A stretch of DNA of 32,000 nt from Candidatus Profftella armatura (GTDB taxonomy: Bacteria; Pseudomonadota; Gammaproteobacteria; Burkholderiales; Burkholderiaceae). Shown one piece after another: positions 10,165-19,736 of the stretch; positions within the stretch are counted from its first letter, which is position 1, and every line of letters starts with the position of its first letter. The notes beneath the pieces are model-generated. The model did no database searches. It was not told the DNA's origin and saw only the letters and a program-made list of their open reading frames with translations. The stretch is from the NCBI RefSeq assembly GCF_000441555.1, contig NC_021885.1, positions 1 to 32,000 on the forward strand, written 5' to 3'. The translations under genes and the position numbers were made by a program.

Positions 10165-10392
10165 ATGAAATTTCATAAAGATCTTGATTTGAGGGGTTTG
10201 TATTGTCCTATACCTATTTTAAGAACTAAAAAAATTTTATCAAAAATGTCGCATGGAGAAATTTTACGTATTACAGCAACGGATATTAATATTTTTGAAG
10301 ATATTAATATTTTTTCTATACAAACAGGAAATATTTTGTTAAAAAAAATAAAAAAAAATAATGAATTTATTTTTTTTATAAAACGTAAATAA
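10165..10392 (+). CDS. TusA/SirA-family sulfurtransferase-like protein
   Basis: 75 aa with the N-terminal LDLRGLYCPIPILRTKK motif (the CPxP active-site cysteine motif of TusA-like proteins). Orthology to tusA proper is not established. Confidence 0.75.
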   Translation: MKFHKDLDLRGLYCPIPILRTKKILSKMSHGEILRITATDINIFEDINIFSIQTGNILLKKIKKNNEFIFFIKRK

Positions 10393-10394
10393 AT

Positions 10395-11909
10395 TTAATT
10401 TTCGTTTCGAAGATGAGGAAATAGAATGACATCACGAATGTTTTTTGAGTTAGTTAATAACATAATTAAACGATCAACACCAATTCCACAACCAGAAGCT
10501 GGTGGCATACCATATTCTAATGCATGAATATAATCTGTATCATAATAAGAAGATAACTCTCCATTAATTTCATTTTTTAAATCAATTTGATTTTTAAAGC
10601 GAACAGATTGTTCTTCAGGATCATTTAATTCAGAAAAACCATTAGCAATTTCATTTCCAATAATAAATAACTCAAAACGTTCTGTTATATTATTATTTTC
10701 TATATTTGATTTTCTAGCTAATGGTGAAATTTCAGTAGGATAATTAGTAATATAAGTTGGATTCCAAAGTTTTGTTTCGGTAGTTTCTTCAAATAACATG
10801 AGTTGTAATATATCTTTTTTTAAATTATTTAATATTTTTTTTTGATTAAATTTTGGATTAATTTTTTTTAATTCAGATTTTAGAAATAATTTATTTTGTA
10901 AATCTATTTCGTTGTATTGAGGTGTATATTTTTTTATAGCTTCAATAATAGTTAATTTTTCAAATGATTTACTAAAATCAAGTAAACGACCTTGGTAATC
11001 TATTTTAGTGGTACCTATACAATCCATTATTATTTTTTTAATCATTTTTTCTGTAAATTTCATTAACCAAATATAATTTGTATAAGCAGCATAAAATTCT
11101 ATCATTGTAAATTCAGGATTATGTCTAGGTGAAATTCCTTCATTACGAAAATTTTTATTAATCTCAAAAATTTTATTAAATCCTCCAATTATAAGACGTT
11201 TTAGATATAATTCTGGAGCTATTCTTAAAAACATTTTCATGTTAAGAGAATTATGATGAGTAATAAATGGTTTAGCTATAGCCCCCCCAGGTTTATTATG
11301 TAATATTGGTGTTTCAACTTCCATAAAATCATTTTTTTCCATAAAGTGTCTAATAGAAGAAATTATTTGCGTTCTTTTTTTAAAAACTTTTCGCGTATTT
11401 TCATTTATAATTAAATCAATATAACGGTGACGATATTTAATTTCTTGATTAGATAATTTTTGAAATTTATTAGGAAGTGGTCGTAATGATTTAGTAATTA
11501 ATTTTAGTGATGATACTTTTATAGATAATTCTCCTGTATTAGTTTTGAATAAAGTTCCTTTTGCTCCAATAATATCTCCTATATCATAATTTTTGAAATC
11601 AGTATATAAATTTTTACCAATAATTTCGTTAGAAATGTATAATTGAATTTTACCATTAGAATCTGGACCGGATGTATCTTGTAACATGATAAATGAAATT
11701 TTCCCCATAACTCTTTTGAGCATTATTCGTCCGGCAACTATAGTAAAAATTGATTTTTGTTTTAATATAAAATTTTCAGTATTATCATAATGTATATGTA
11801 AATCATTAGCATTATGTATTGGATAAAAATCATTAGGAAATGCAAAACCTTTTTTTCGTAATAAATTTAATTTATTACGTCTCTCAGAAATTATAGTATT
11901 TTCATCCAT
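10395..11909 (-). CDS. lysS: Lysyl-tRNA synthetase, class II
   Basis: 504 aa with an N-terminal OB anticodon-binding region and class II motifs ([33 protein letters not shown]). Lies immediately downstream of prfB, as in the classical prfB-lysS operon. Confidence 0.95.
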   Translation of the reverse strand: MDENTIISERRNKLNLLRKKGFAFPNDFYPIHNANDLHIHYDNTENFILKQKSIFTIVAGRIMLKRVMGKISFIMLQDTSGPDSNGKIQLYISNEIIGKNLYTDFKNYDIGDIIGAKGTLFKTNTGELSIKVSSLKLITKSLRPLPNKFQKLSNQEIKYRHRYIDLIINENTRKVFKKRTQIISSIRHFMEKNDFMEVETPILHNKPGGAIAKPFITHHNSLNMKMFLRIAPELYLKRLIIGGFNKIFEINKNFRNEGISPRHNPEFTMIEFYAAYTNYIWLMKFTEKMIKKIIMDCIGTTKIDYQGRLLDFSKSFEKLTIIEAIKKYTPQYNEIDLQNKLFLKSELKKINPKFNQKKILNNLKKDILQLMLFEETTETKLWNPTYITNYPTEISPLARKSNIENNNITERFELFIIGNEIANGFSELNDPEEQSVRFKNQIDLKNEINGELSSYYDTDYIHALEYGMPPASGCGIGVDRLIMLLTNSKNIRDVILFPHLRNEN

Positions 11910-11920
11910 AATAGTATTTT

Positions 11921-13046
11921 TTAATTTTTAGTTATTTTGTTTAATAAATGTTGTTTTAATGAGGCAATGATAAAATTATCTAAATCTCCATCTAAAATAT
12001 CTTTTATATTTTTAGTCTCTAAATTAGTTCTTAAATCCTTAATTCTTGATTTATCTAATACGTACGAACGAATTTGATACCCCCACTTAATATCTTTTTT
12101 TGTATCTTCTAATTTTTTTTTTTCTTTTATTTGATATTGTAATTTTAGTTTATATAATTTAGATTTTAGCATATCCCATGCTTCAGATTTATTGCGATGT
12201 TGACTGCGATCATTTTGACATTGAACAACAATACCAGTTGGAATATGTGTAATACGAACAGCTGAATCAGTTTTGTTAATATGCTGCCCTCCTGCTCCTG
12301 ATGCACGATAGGTGTCTATTCGTAAATCAGCAGGATTAATGTTAATATTGATTAAATTATTTATTTCTGGGTATACAAATAAACTGGAAAATGAAGTGTG
12401 ACGATTATTAGAAGAATCAAAAGGTGATTTACGAACTAATCTGTGTATACCTGATTCTGATTTAAGAAAACCATAAGCATATTTTCCTTTAATTTTTAAT
12501 GTTGCGGTTTTAATACCCGTTATTTCACCATTTGACTTCTCGAGAATTTCAACTATAAAACCTTTTCTTTCGCAATAACGTAAATATTGACGAAGTAACA
12601 TAGACGCCCAATCTTGTGCTTCAATTCCCCCGGCCCCGGATTGAATATCAATAAAACAATTATTAAAATCCAATGGATCGTTAAAAAATTGATGGAATTC
12701 TATTTCCTTTATTTTATTGTTTAATTTATTAGTATTATCCTCAATTTCTTTTAACATATTTTCTTCTTTTTCTATACATATAATTTCAAATAAATCACGA
12801 TTATAAGATATTTCTTCTTCAATTTTAATTAAATTTAAAACAATATGTTCTAATTTTTTTTTTTCTTTTCTAAGTTTTTTTATATATTCTTGATTTTTCC
12901 AAATGTCAGGGAATTTAAGTTTATTATTAATTATATCAAGTTTTTTAAATTTTTTATCAAAGTCAAAGATATCTCCGTAGTTCAATCATCTTATTACTTA
13001 TATTATTTAATTTTATCTTGATGCTATTTAAGTATTCTGATTCCAT
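11921..13046 (-). CDS. prfB: Peptide chain release factor 2, expressed via programmed +1 frameshift (join 13046..12966 with 12964..11921)
   Basis: The main ORF carries the SPF tripeptide (RKSPFDS) and GGQ ([12 protein letters not shown]). Upstream frame 0 reads from ATG at 13046 as [27 protein letters not shown] and ends at CTT TGA C. Shifting +1 after CTT joins the main ORF at DFDKKF. The predicted product is about 374 aa. Confidence 0.93.
12962..12977 (-). promoter_or_regulatory. RF2 autoregulatory +1 frameshift site (SD-like GGAG, slippery CUU, UGA-C)
   Basis: The minus strand reads CGG AGA TAT CTT TGA C. Compare the E. coli AGG GGG TAT CTT TGA C architecture (established knowledge). Confidence 0.9.
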
Positions 13047-13103
13047 TTTTTTAAAAAAGTAAAATTTTATAAATTATTTAATTAATTATAAATATAAATT
13101 TAT

Positions 13104-14216
13104 TTATAATAAATTTTTTAAATTTGGTTTAATCCAAAATTTTCGTAGAATATTACGATTGCAATTAAATTGAGTAATTTTATTTCGTTTAGTTAAAATT
13201 AATTTAAGCGATTTTAAAGATCCATTATTTAATTTTTGAAGTAATTTAGTGAACAAGTTTTTTTCTAATTTTTTAATACATTTTATCCAATAACTCCATT
13301 CATTTAAAATACTAGGTTCAATTAATTCATCAAGTATTATTAAAGCGCGTGATCCAGGTTTTTGTATTATTTTTTCTAGTATATTATTTTTATTATTACA
13401 TAAGTATTTATTAAATAATTTCATCCATCCAGAAAGATTAAAACAAGAATCATAAATAGGGATATTAGAAAAATTCTTAATAATATTAAAAGATTTTTTA
13501 AAATCAGATCCTCCCCATAACCATAATGAATTAATTTTTTTTAACCCAATATTTTCTCTTTCTATATTAACTTTATGATTAAACCAATTCATTTGTATTT
13601 CATTTTGTAATTTTAGCCAATCTTTATGTCCTTTTCCTTTAGGTATCCAATTTTTAATATTCTGTTCACTGGCAGCATTTGGTGTTGCTGTAATTAATTT
13701 TTTCCAATTATCTGCTCTTATAAACCAATTGTTAGCATCTCCATATATAATAGAATATCCATTTTTAGAAAATATAGATTCAGCTATTTTGAATAAAATA
13801 AATGATGATTGATGTGTTAAATATAATTTCCGTGTATCTGTTAGTATTAAACAATTAGATCCAACATGAATATGTACTGGATTTATTAAAAACCAATAAC
13901 CTTTTAGAATTGGAATTCCTAGCATATACATAGCCATATGAGCAATAGATAAATTATTATAATAACTAAAATTTAATTGAGAAAAAATTTTTGAATTAAA
14001 AAAATTATTGCAAGAAATCAATCCTAAAGTTTGCGCTACCCAATTTTCATGAGCAAGTGCTCTAGAAAATGGATTAATTAATTGAGTTTTTATTAAACTT
14101 TTTGTGAGTAAAATTGATAAAGAAGATAAAGAAGATATTTGATATTTATCAATAAAATTATTAGCTATCTCAAGCGGTAATAATCCAAACGGTATTAAAA
14201 TATCTAAATGTTTCAT
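13104..14216 (-). CDS. Conserved hypothetical protein of unknown function (possibly the RpfE-type / phosphoglycerate-mutase-like family found beside prfB-lysS)
   Basis: 370-aa uninterrupted ORF in a stop-codon-rich AT genome, co-directional with prfB and 57 nt upstream of it. Blocks ALAHENWVAQTLGL, INPVHIHVGSNCLILTD and INSLWLWGGS recall that family from memory only. I recognise no catalytic motif. Confidence 0.6.
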   Translation of the reverse strand: MKHLDILIPFGLLPLEIANNFIDKYQISSLSSLSILLTKSLIKTQLINPFSRALAHENWVAQTLGLISCNNFFNSKIFSQLNFSYYNNLSIAHMAMYMLGIPILKGYWFLINPVHIHVGSNCLILTDTRKLYLTHQSSFILFKIAESIFSKNGYSIIYGDANNWFIRADNWKKLITATPNAASEQNIKNWIPKGKGHKDWLKLQNEIQMNWFNHKVNIERENIGLKKINSLWLWGGSDFKKSFNIIKNFSNIPIYDSCFNLSGWMKLFNKYLCNNKNNILEKIIQKPGSRALIILDELIEPSILNEWSYWIKCIKKLEKNLFTKLLQKLNNGSLKSLKLILTKRNKITQFNCNRNILRKFWIKPNLKNLL

Positions 14217-14442
14217 ATAGAATTTATATAAAAAAATTATAGATTAATAGATTGTTGAGATTTATTTTTATATTTATTTCATCAATTTTTTACATTTATT
14301 TTATCAATTTTTTGATATTTTTATTTAAAAATTAATTTAATTCATTTTTTAAATTTTAAAATTTTTAATCTATTGAAGTAAAATAATTATTAATATACAT
14401 AAATTTTTATGTTTATACAATAAAAATTTTAATAATATTTTT

Positions 14443-14471
14443 TTGATGTTAAAACAACTTAATGATATAAT
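14443..14471 (+). promoter_or_regulatory. Candidate sigma70 promoter of the tRNA-Tyr/Gly/Thr-tuf operon
   Basis: TTGATG (14443-14448), a 17-nt spacer ending in TGa (extended -10), then TATAAT (14466-14471). It lies about 65 nt upstream of tRNA-Tyr. Confidence 0.45.
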
Positions 14472-14536
14472 TTTAATATTATTTTAAAAAACTTTTTTTA
14501 TTAAATCATTATTAATTTTATTTAATCTGTTCAAAA

Positions 14537-14619
14537 GGAGAGGTGGCCGAGTGGTTAATGGCAGCAGACTGTAAATCTGCCCTCTTATGAGTTCGTTGGT
14601 TCGAATCCAGCCCTCTCCA
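14537..14619 (+). tRNA. tRNA-Tyr (anticodon GUA), long variable arm
   Basis: Acceptor stem is GGAGAGG/CCTCTCC. The anticodon stem GCAGA/TCTGC carries loop CTGTAAA. The T arm is GTTGG-TTCGAAT-CCAGC and the discriminator is A. CCA is not encoded. Confidence 0.9.
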
Positions 14620-14675
14620 AAAAGTAAAGCACAAAATAATTAAATTAATTTATTTTCCTAAATATTTTCATATTC

Positions 14676-14749
14676 GCGGGTGTAGCTTAATGGCAGAGCT
14701 AAAGCCTTCCAAGCTTAAGACGAGGGTTCGATTCCCTTCACCCGCTCCA
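14676..14749 (+). tRNA. tRNA-Gly (anticodon UCC)
   Basis: Acceptor stem is GCGGGTG/CACCCGC, the anticodon loop is CTTCCAA and the T loop is TTCGATT. The 3' CCA is encoded (14747-14749). One A.A mismatch sits at the top of the anticodon stem. Confidence 0.88.
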
Positions 14750-14774
14750 TTTTTCTTATTATTAATAAGTTACT

Positions 14775-14846
<72 letters not shown>

Positions 14847-14954
14847 TTGAGATATAAATTTTAATTTTCTTTTTTATAAAAATTCTAGATGAAAAACATA
14901 TTTAAAGTAAGATACTTTTTCTGTATATTCTCGTAAAATTGTTAGGAGTATAAA

Positions 14955-16145
14955 ATGGCAAAAAGTAAATTTGAACGAACTAAGCCGCATATAAATGTTG
15001 GAACAATAGGTCATGTTGACCATGGAAAAACTACATTAACAGCCGCAATTGCAACTGTATTATCAAAAAAATTTGGTGGTGAAGCAAAATCTTATGATCA
15101 AATAGATGCAGCACCGGAAGAAAAAGCTCGGGGTATTACAATTAATACCGCTCATATAGAATATGAAACAAAGGCTAGACATTATGCTCATGTTGATTGC
15201 CCTGGACACGCTGATTATATAAAAAATATGATTACAGGAGCAGCACAAATGGATGGGGCTATTTTAGTCTGTTCTGCTGCTGATGGACCAATGCCTCAGA
15301 CACGTGAGCATATTTTATTAGCTCGTCAAGTGGGTGTACCGTATATTGTTGTTTTTTTAAATAAAGCAGATATGGTGGATGATGAAGAATTATTGGAATT
15401 AGTTGAAATAGAAATTAGAGAATTATTAAATAAGTATGAATTTCCTGGAAATGATATACCAATAATTAAAGGTTCAGCAAAACTAGCCTTAGAAGGTGAT
15501 ACAGGTCCGTTAGGTGAGCAATCAATTTTATCTTTATCTAAAGCTTTAGATACTTATATTCCTACTCCTAATCGAGCAATAGACGGTGCTTTTTTATTGC
15601 CAGTTGAAGATGTTTTCTCTATATCAGGTAGAGGTACAGTAGTAACTGGTCGTGTTGAACGGGGTATTGTAAGGGTTGGAGAGGAATTAGAAATAATTGG
15701 TATTAAGGATACTGTAAAAACAACATGTACTGGTGTAGAAATGTTTCGTAAATTATTAGATCAAGGGCAAGCTGGTGATAATATTGGATTATTATTGCGC
15801 GGAACAAAACGTGAAGATGTAGAAAGAGGACAAGTTTTAGCTAAACCTGGATCAATTAAACCACATAAGCATTTTACTGGTGAAATTTATGCTTTATCAA
15901 AAGATGAAGGAGGTCGCCATACTCCGTTTTTTAGTAACTATCGTCCTCAGTTTTATTTTAGAACTACTGATGTAACAGGTTCAATTGAATTGCCAAAAAA
16001 TAAAGAAATGGTAATGCCGGGAGATAATGTGTTAATTACGGTGCGATTGATTAATCCAATTGCCATGGAGGAAGGTTTACGTTTTGCTATTCGCGAAGGC
16101 GGTAGAACTGTTGGCGCGGGAGTTGTTGTTAAGATTATTGAATAA
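14955..16145 (+). CDS. tuf: Elongation factor Tu
   Basis: 396 aa and near-invariant throughout ([24 protein letters not shown]). AGGAG SD lies 6 nt upstream. It follows the Tyr-Gly-Thr tRNA cluster, as in tufB-type operons. Confidence 0.98.
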   Translation: MAKSKFERTKPHINVGTIGHVDHGKTTLTAAIATVLSKKFGGEAKSYDQIDAAPEEKARGITINTAHIEYETKARHYAHVDCPGHADYIKNMITGAAQMDGAILVCSAADGPMPQTREHILLARQVGVPYIVVFLNKADMVDDEELLELVEIEIRELLNKYEFPGNDIPIIKGSAKLALEGDTGPLGEQSILSLSKALDTYIPTPNRAIDGAFLLPVEDVFSISGRGTVVTGRVERGIVRVGEELEIIGIKDTVKTTCTGVEMFRKLLDQGQAGDNIGLLLRGTKREDVERGQVLAKPGSIKPHKHFTGEIYALSKDEGGRHTPFFSNYRPQFYFRTTDVTGSIELPKNKEMVMPGDNVLITVRLINPIAMEEGLRFAIREGGRTVGAGVVVKIIE

Positions 16146-16201
16146 AAATTATATGTTAATTTTTTAAAAATAAGAGATTTATATTTTATTTATTTTTATA
16201 A

Positions 16202-16277
16202 AGGGGTATAGCTCAATTGGCAGAGCATTGGTCTCCAAAACCAAAGGTTGGCGGTTCGATGCCGTCTGCCCCTGCCA
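16202..16277 (+). tRNA. tRNA-Trp (anticodon CCA)
   Basis: Acceptor stem is AGGGGTA/TGCCCCT. The anticodon stem TTGGT/ACCAA carries loop CTCCAAA. The T arm is GGCGG-TTCGATG-CCGTC. The 3' CCA is encoded. It occupies the classical position between tuf and secE. Confidence 0.92.
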
Positions 16278-16301
16278 TATTTAGCATGTTAAGGTATTAA
16301 A

Positions 16302-16676
16302 ATGTCTAATTATTTTATAAAAATTTTTAGTATTTTTAGTGATAAAATCAAATTTTTATTAGTTATTTTTTTGGCAATAATTAGTACTTCAGTTTTTTGT
16401 ATGTTGTATAAAAAATTTACTTTTTTTTCTATATTAATATTAATTATTAGTTTTTTACTGGAATTTATATTGATATACACTATAGAAAAGAAAATACTTT
16501 TTATAAAATTTATAAAAGAATCATTATGCGAAGTTAAAAAAATTGTTTGGCCAAAACCTAAAGAAACAATACAAATGACAATTACTGTATTTTCTTTTGT
16601 TTTATTTATGGCATTTTTTTTGCGTAGCGTTGATAAATTTCTTGAATTTTTTTTATACAACTTAATTTTAAGATAA
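16302..16676 (+). CDS. secE: Preprotein translocase subunit SecE
   Basis: 124 aa and strongly hydrophobic, consistent with three TM segments. The conserved C-terminal region is EVKKIVWPKPKETIQMTITVFSFVLFMAFF. Position between tRNA-Trp and nusG supports the call. Confidence 0.88.
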   Translation: MSNYFIKIFSIFSDKIKFLLVIFLAIISTSVFCMLYKKFTFFSILILIISFLLEFILIYTIEKKILFIKFIKESLCEVKKIVWPKPKETIQMTITVFSFVLFMAFFLRSVDKFLEFFLYNLILR

Positions 16677-16686
16677 AAAAAATAAT

Positions 16687-17331
16687 ATGAATGTAGTTCA
16701 ACAGTTTATACAAGATAATTTATTAACTAAGGAAATAGTTAATAGTAATGAAATAAATATAGATAAAGGTAAGGAATACATAGAGAGATCTATAAATAAT
16801 AAGAAACGTTGGTATGTTATTCATTCTTATTCTGGGATGGAGAAAAATGTTCAACGAAAATTGATAGAACGTATTAATAAATTAGGTATGCAAAAAAAAT
16901 TTGGTAGAATTTTAGTTCCTACTGAAGAAATAGTTGATGTTAAGAAAAATCAGAAATCAGTAATTAAGAAACGTTTTTTTCCAGGTTATGTTTTAATTGA
17001 AATGGAAATGACAGATGAAAGTTGGCATTTAGTAAAAAATACTAAAAAAGTTACTGGTTTTATTGGAGGAAAATCAAATCGTCCAACTCCAATTTCCTCA
17101 AAAGAGATTGAAGAAATCTTAAAACAAATAAAAAAAGGTGTAGAAAAACCTCGACCGAAAATCCTTTATCAATTGGATGAATTAGTTCGTATAAAAGATG
17201 GTCCATTTACTGATTTTAGTGGAAATATAGAAGAAGTTAATTATGAAAAATCTCGTGTTCGTGTATCGGTTACTATATTTGGTCGAGCAACTCCGGTTGA
17301 ACTTGAATTTAATCAGGTTGAAAAAATATAA
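16687..17331 (+). CDS. nusG: Transcription termination/antitermination factor NusG (with about 38-aa N-terminal extension)
   Basis: The NGN domain starts at KKRWYVIHSYSGMEKNV. The KOW domain is VRIKDGPFTDFSGNIEEVNYEKSRVRVSVTIFGRATPVEL. At 214 aa it is longer than the roughly 180 aa that is typical. Confidence 0.92.
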   Translation: MNVVQQFIQDNLLTKEIVNSNEINIDKGKEYIERSINNKKRWYVIHSYSGMEKNVQRKLIERINKLGMQKKFGRILVPTEEIVDVKKNQKSVIKKRFFPGYVLIEMEMTDESWHLVKNTKKVTGFIGGKSNRPTPISSKEIEEILKQIKKGVEKPRPKILYQLDELVRIKDGPFTDFSGNIEEVNYEKSRVRVSVTIFGRATPVELEFNQVEKI

Positions 17332-17378
17332 TTTTTTGTATCTTTTATGTAATTTTCTTATAATTAACAATAAAAATT

Positions 17379-17813
17379 ATGGTAAAAAAAATTACTGGTT
17401 TTATTAAATTACAAATTCCAGCTGGAAAAGCTAATCCATCTCCTCCAATTGGTCCGGCATTAGGTCAACGTGGTTTGAATATCATGGAATTTTGTAAAAA
17501 TTTTAATGCACAAACACAAGGAATAGAATTAGGTACTCCAATTCCTGTTATAATTACAGTATTTTCTGATAAATCTTTTACTTTTAAAAAAAAAGTAACA
17601 CCAGTAACTTTTTTAATTAAAAAAGCTGCTGGAATTCAAAAAGGTTCAGCGAAGCCTCATTCAGATAAAGTAGGTAAATTAACATATTTACAAATCAAAG
17701 AAATTGCGACTATTAAAAATGTAGATCTTACGGCTGCCTCTATTTCAGCTGCTATGCGCACTATTGCTGGTTCAGCGCGTTCTATGGGAATTATAGTGGA
17801 AGGATTTGAATGA
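17379..17813 (+). CDS. rplK: 50S ribosomal protein L11
   Basis: 144 aa with [34 protein letters not shown]. The TGA stop overlaps the rplA ATG (ATGA at 17810-17813). Confidence 0.97.
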   Translation: MVKKITGFIKLQIPAGKANPSPPIGPALGQRGLNIMEFCKNFNAQTQGIELGTPIPVIITVFSDKSFTFKKKVTPVTFLIKKAAGIQKGSAKPHSDKVGKLTYLQIKEIATIKNVDLTAASISAAMRTIAGSARSMGIIVEGFE

Positions 17814-18496
17814 AAAAATTATCCAAATGTATCAATAAACATAAATTAAAGTTTGATAAAAATAAAATATATTCTTTTGATAGTGCTATTACTTTAATCA
17901 AGGAAGCAGCAACTGCAAAATTTGATGAATCAATTGATATTTCGATTCATTTAAATGTTAATATCAAAAGATCTGATCAAATAGTACGTGGTTCAATTGT
18001 GTTGCCATTTAGTACAGGTAAAAAGATTTATATTGCGGCATTTGTTCCTAAAGAAAAATATGAGCAAGCTAAAATAGCTGGAGCAGATATTGTTGGAATG
18101 GAAGATTTGGCTCAAAAAATTAAATCTAATGAAGTATCTTGTGATTTAGTAATCGCTTCTCCTGAAAGTATGCATATAGTTAGTTCTTTAGGTAAAATTC
18201 TTGGACCAAAAGGTTTAATGCCAAATATAAAAGACGGTACGTTAAATTCTGATATTTTAACTGCAATTAAAAATGCAAAATCAGGACAAATTCGATATCG
18301 TATGGATAAAACTGGAATTATTCATGCATCAATTGGTAGAAAATCTTTTTGTAATGAAAATATAAAATCTAATATTTTAGCATTAATTAATATTTTAAAT
18401 AAAAATAAATCTTCAACCAATAAAAATTATATTCGAAAAATATATTTATCTTCTACAATGGGTATTGGTTTGCAAATTGATTGCAATATTGAATAA
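17810..18496 (+). CDS. rplA: 50S ribosomal protein L1
   Basis: 228 aa with [17 protein letters not shown]...[12 protein letters not shown]. It overlaps rplK by 4 nt, which suggests translational coupling. Confidence 0.95.
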   Translation: MKKLSKCINKHKLKFDKNKIYSFDSAITLIKEAATAKFDESIDISIHLNVNIKRSDQIVRGSIVLPFSTGKKIYIAAFVPKEKYEQAKIAGADIVGMEDLAQKIKSNEVSCDLVIASPESMHIVSSLGKILGPKGLMPNIKDGTLNSDILTAIKNAKSGQIRYRMDKTGIIHASIGRKSFCNENIKSNILALINILNKNKSSTNKNYIRKIYLSSTMGIGLQIDCNIE

Positions 18497-18779
18497 AATT
18501 TTTAATTAATTTAAAATTAATTATTAATATAATGAAAATTTAATTATATATAAAATAGTAAACAAAATAGTAATTATATGAAATTTAATAAAATTTAAAA
18601 AATATAAAATTAATGAATATAATTTATATTAGAACTAATGGTATAATGAGAATTTAAATTTTATTTACATTTAATTCTAACAACATAAATATATTTTTAA
18701 AAAAATAAATTTAATGAATTATAATTTTTTATTATAACTAATTTATTTTTAAATTTTAGCATTATTTTGGAGGTTAATT
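18497..18779 (+). promoter_or_regulatory. Long untranslated leader upstream of rplJ (position of the L10(L12)4 autoregulatory leader in other proteobacteria)
   Basis: 283-nt non-coding gap inside an otherwise tightly packed ribosomal cluster. The functional assignment rests on position only. I could not recognise the conserved L10-leader structure in this AT-rich sequence. Confidence 0.3.
18619..18647 (+). promoter_or_regulatory. Candidate extended -10 promoter for rplJL-rpoBC
   Basis: TGgTATAAT (TG at 18639-18640, TATAAT at 18642-18647) lies about 130 nt upstream of rplJ. The -35 position reads ATAATT, which is poor. Confidence 0.3.
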
Positions 18780-19262
18780 TTGAGTTCTTATTTGAATAAT
18801 AAAAAATTTATTATTAATAAAATTTCTGATAAAGTGGCTAATTCACAAATAATTATTTTATCTGAATATTCTGGAATTAAAGTGAATCAGTTAACAGAAT
18901 TGCGCGAAAAAGCAAGAAAAAAAAATGTGTATTTGTGTGTTTTAAAAAATACTCTTGCTCGTCGTGTTTTTAAAAATACTATTTTTTCTAATTTATCTTC
19001 TAAGTTGCATGGTCAATTAATTTATTTAATATCTAATGATATTATTGAATCATCTAAAATTATTAATAATTTTTCTAAAAATAATGAAAAATTTATTATT
19101 AGAATAGGTAATTTTTCGGGAAATTTACTTGATAAAAAAACTATAATTAAATTTGCGAATATTCCGAATAAAAAAGTTTTATTAACTCAATTATTGAAAA
19201 TAATATTTTTTCCTATTTCTAGTTTTATATATGGATTATCCATTTTGTCTAAAAAAAAATAA
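18780..19262 (+). CDS. rplJ: 50S ribosomal protein L10 (divergent)
   Basis: 160 aa with a TTG start preceded by a strong SD GGAGG (18769-18773). It has the L10-like block LTELREKARKKNVYLCVLKNTLARR and lies between rplA and rplL. Confidence 0.88.
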   Translation: MSSYLNNKKFIINKISDKVANSQIIILSEYSGIKVNQLTELREKARKKNVYLCVLKNTLARRVFKNTIFSNLSSKLHGQLIYLISNDIIESSKIINNFSKNNEKFIIRIGNFSGNLLDKKTIIKFANIPNKKVLLTQLLKIIFFPISSFIYGLSILSKKK

Positions 19263-19358
19263 ATTTAAATATGTGTTAAAATAGTATTAAATTACATTTA
19301 ATTATATATAATTAACTTTCACTAAACATAATTTTAAAAATATTTAGGGAATTTTTCA

Positions 19359-19736
19359 ATGACAATTGGTAAAGATGAAATTTTAAAAGCTATTAGTAAT
19401 TTAACAGTATTAGAATTAAATGATCTAGTTAAAGCGTTTGAAAAAAAATTTGAAGTATCAGCTGCCACAATAGTCTCTAATAACTCTAATTCGGAATCTT
19501 CTTCCGATGCTCCAATAAAAGAACAAACAGAATTTATGGTTACATTGAATAATTTTGGTACAAATAAAGTTAGCGTAATTAAAATTGTACGTGAAATTAC
19601 TGGGTTGGGTTTAAAAGAGGCGAAAAATTTAGTTGATTCTGCACCTAAAGTAATTAAAGAAGGAATTACTAAAGAAGCCGCTGAAGCAATTAAGAAAAAA
19701 TTAGAAGAAGTTGGAGCGAAAATAGAAATAAAATAA
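19359..19736 (+). CDS. rplL: 50S ribosomal protein L7/L12
   Basis: 125 aa with an N-terminal dimerisation helix ([24 protein letters not shown]), a flexible hinge, and the C-terminal domain [30 protein letters not shown]. Confidence 0.96.
   Translation: MTIGKDEILKAISNLTVLELNDLVKAFEKKFEVSAATIVSNNSNSESSSDAPIKEQTEFMVTLNNFGTNKVSVIKIVREITGLGLKEAKNLVDSAPKVIKEGITKEAAEAIKKKLEEVGAKIEIK

Noticed and set aside
15063-15248. 61-aa ORF antisense to tuf
   Set aside because: It lies entirely inside the near-invariant EF-Tu coding sequence on the opposite strand and shows no independent signal.
16310-16660. 116-aa ORF antisense to secE
   Set aside because: It mirrors secE almost exactly. The plus-strand product has the conserved SecE C-terminal motif and the correct synteny, while the antisense product is low-complexity.
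17336-17364. TTGTAT-N17-TATAAT promoter-like match upstream of rplK
   Set aside because: The -10 ends only 14 nt before the rplK ATG, which leaves essentially no leader or SD. The -35 is weak. Such matches are expected by chance in A/T-rich DNA.
17182-17370. 62-aa ORF antisense to the 3' end of nusG
   Set aside because: It overlaps the conserved KOW domain of NusG, and its composition is typical of an A/T translation artefact.
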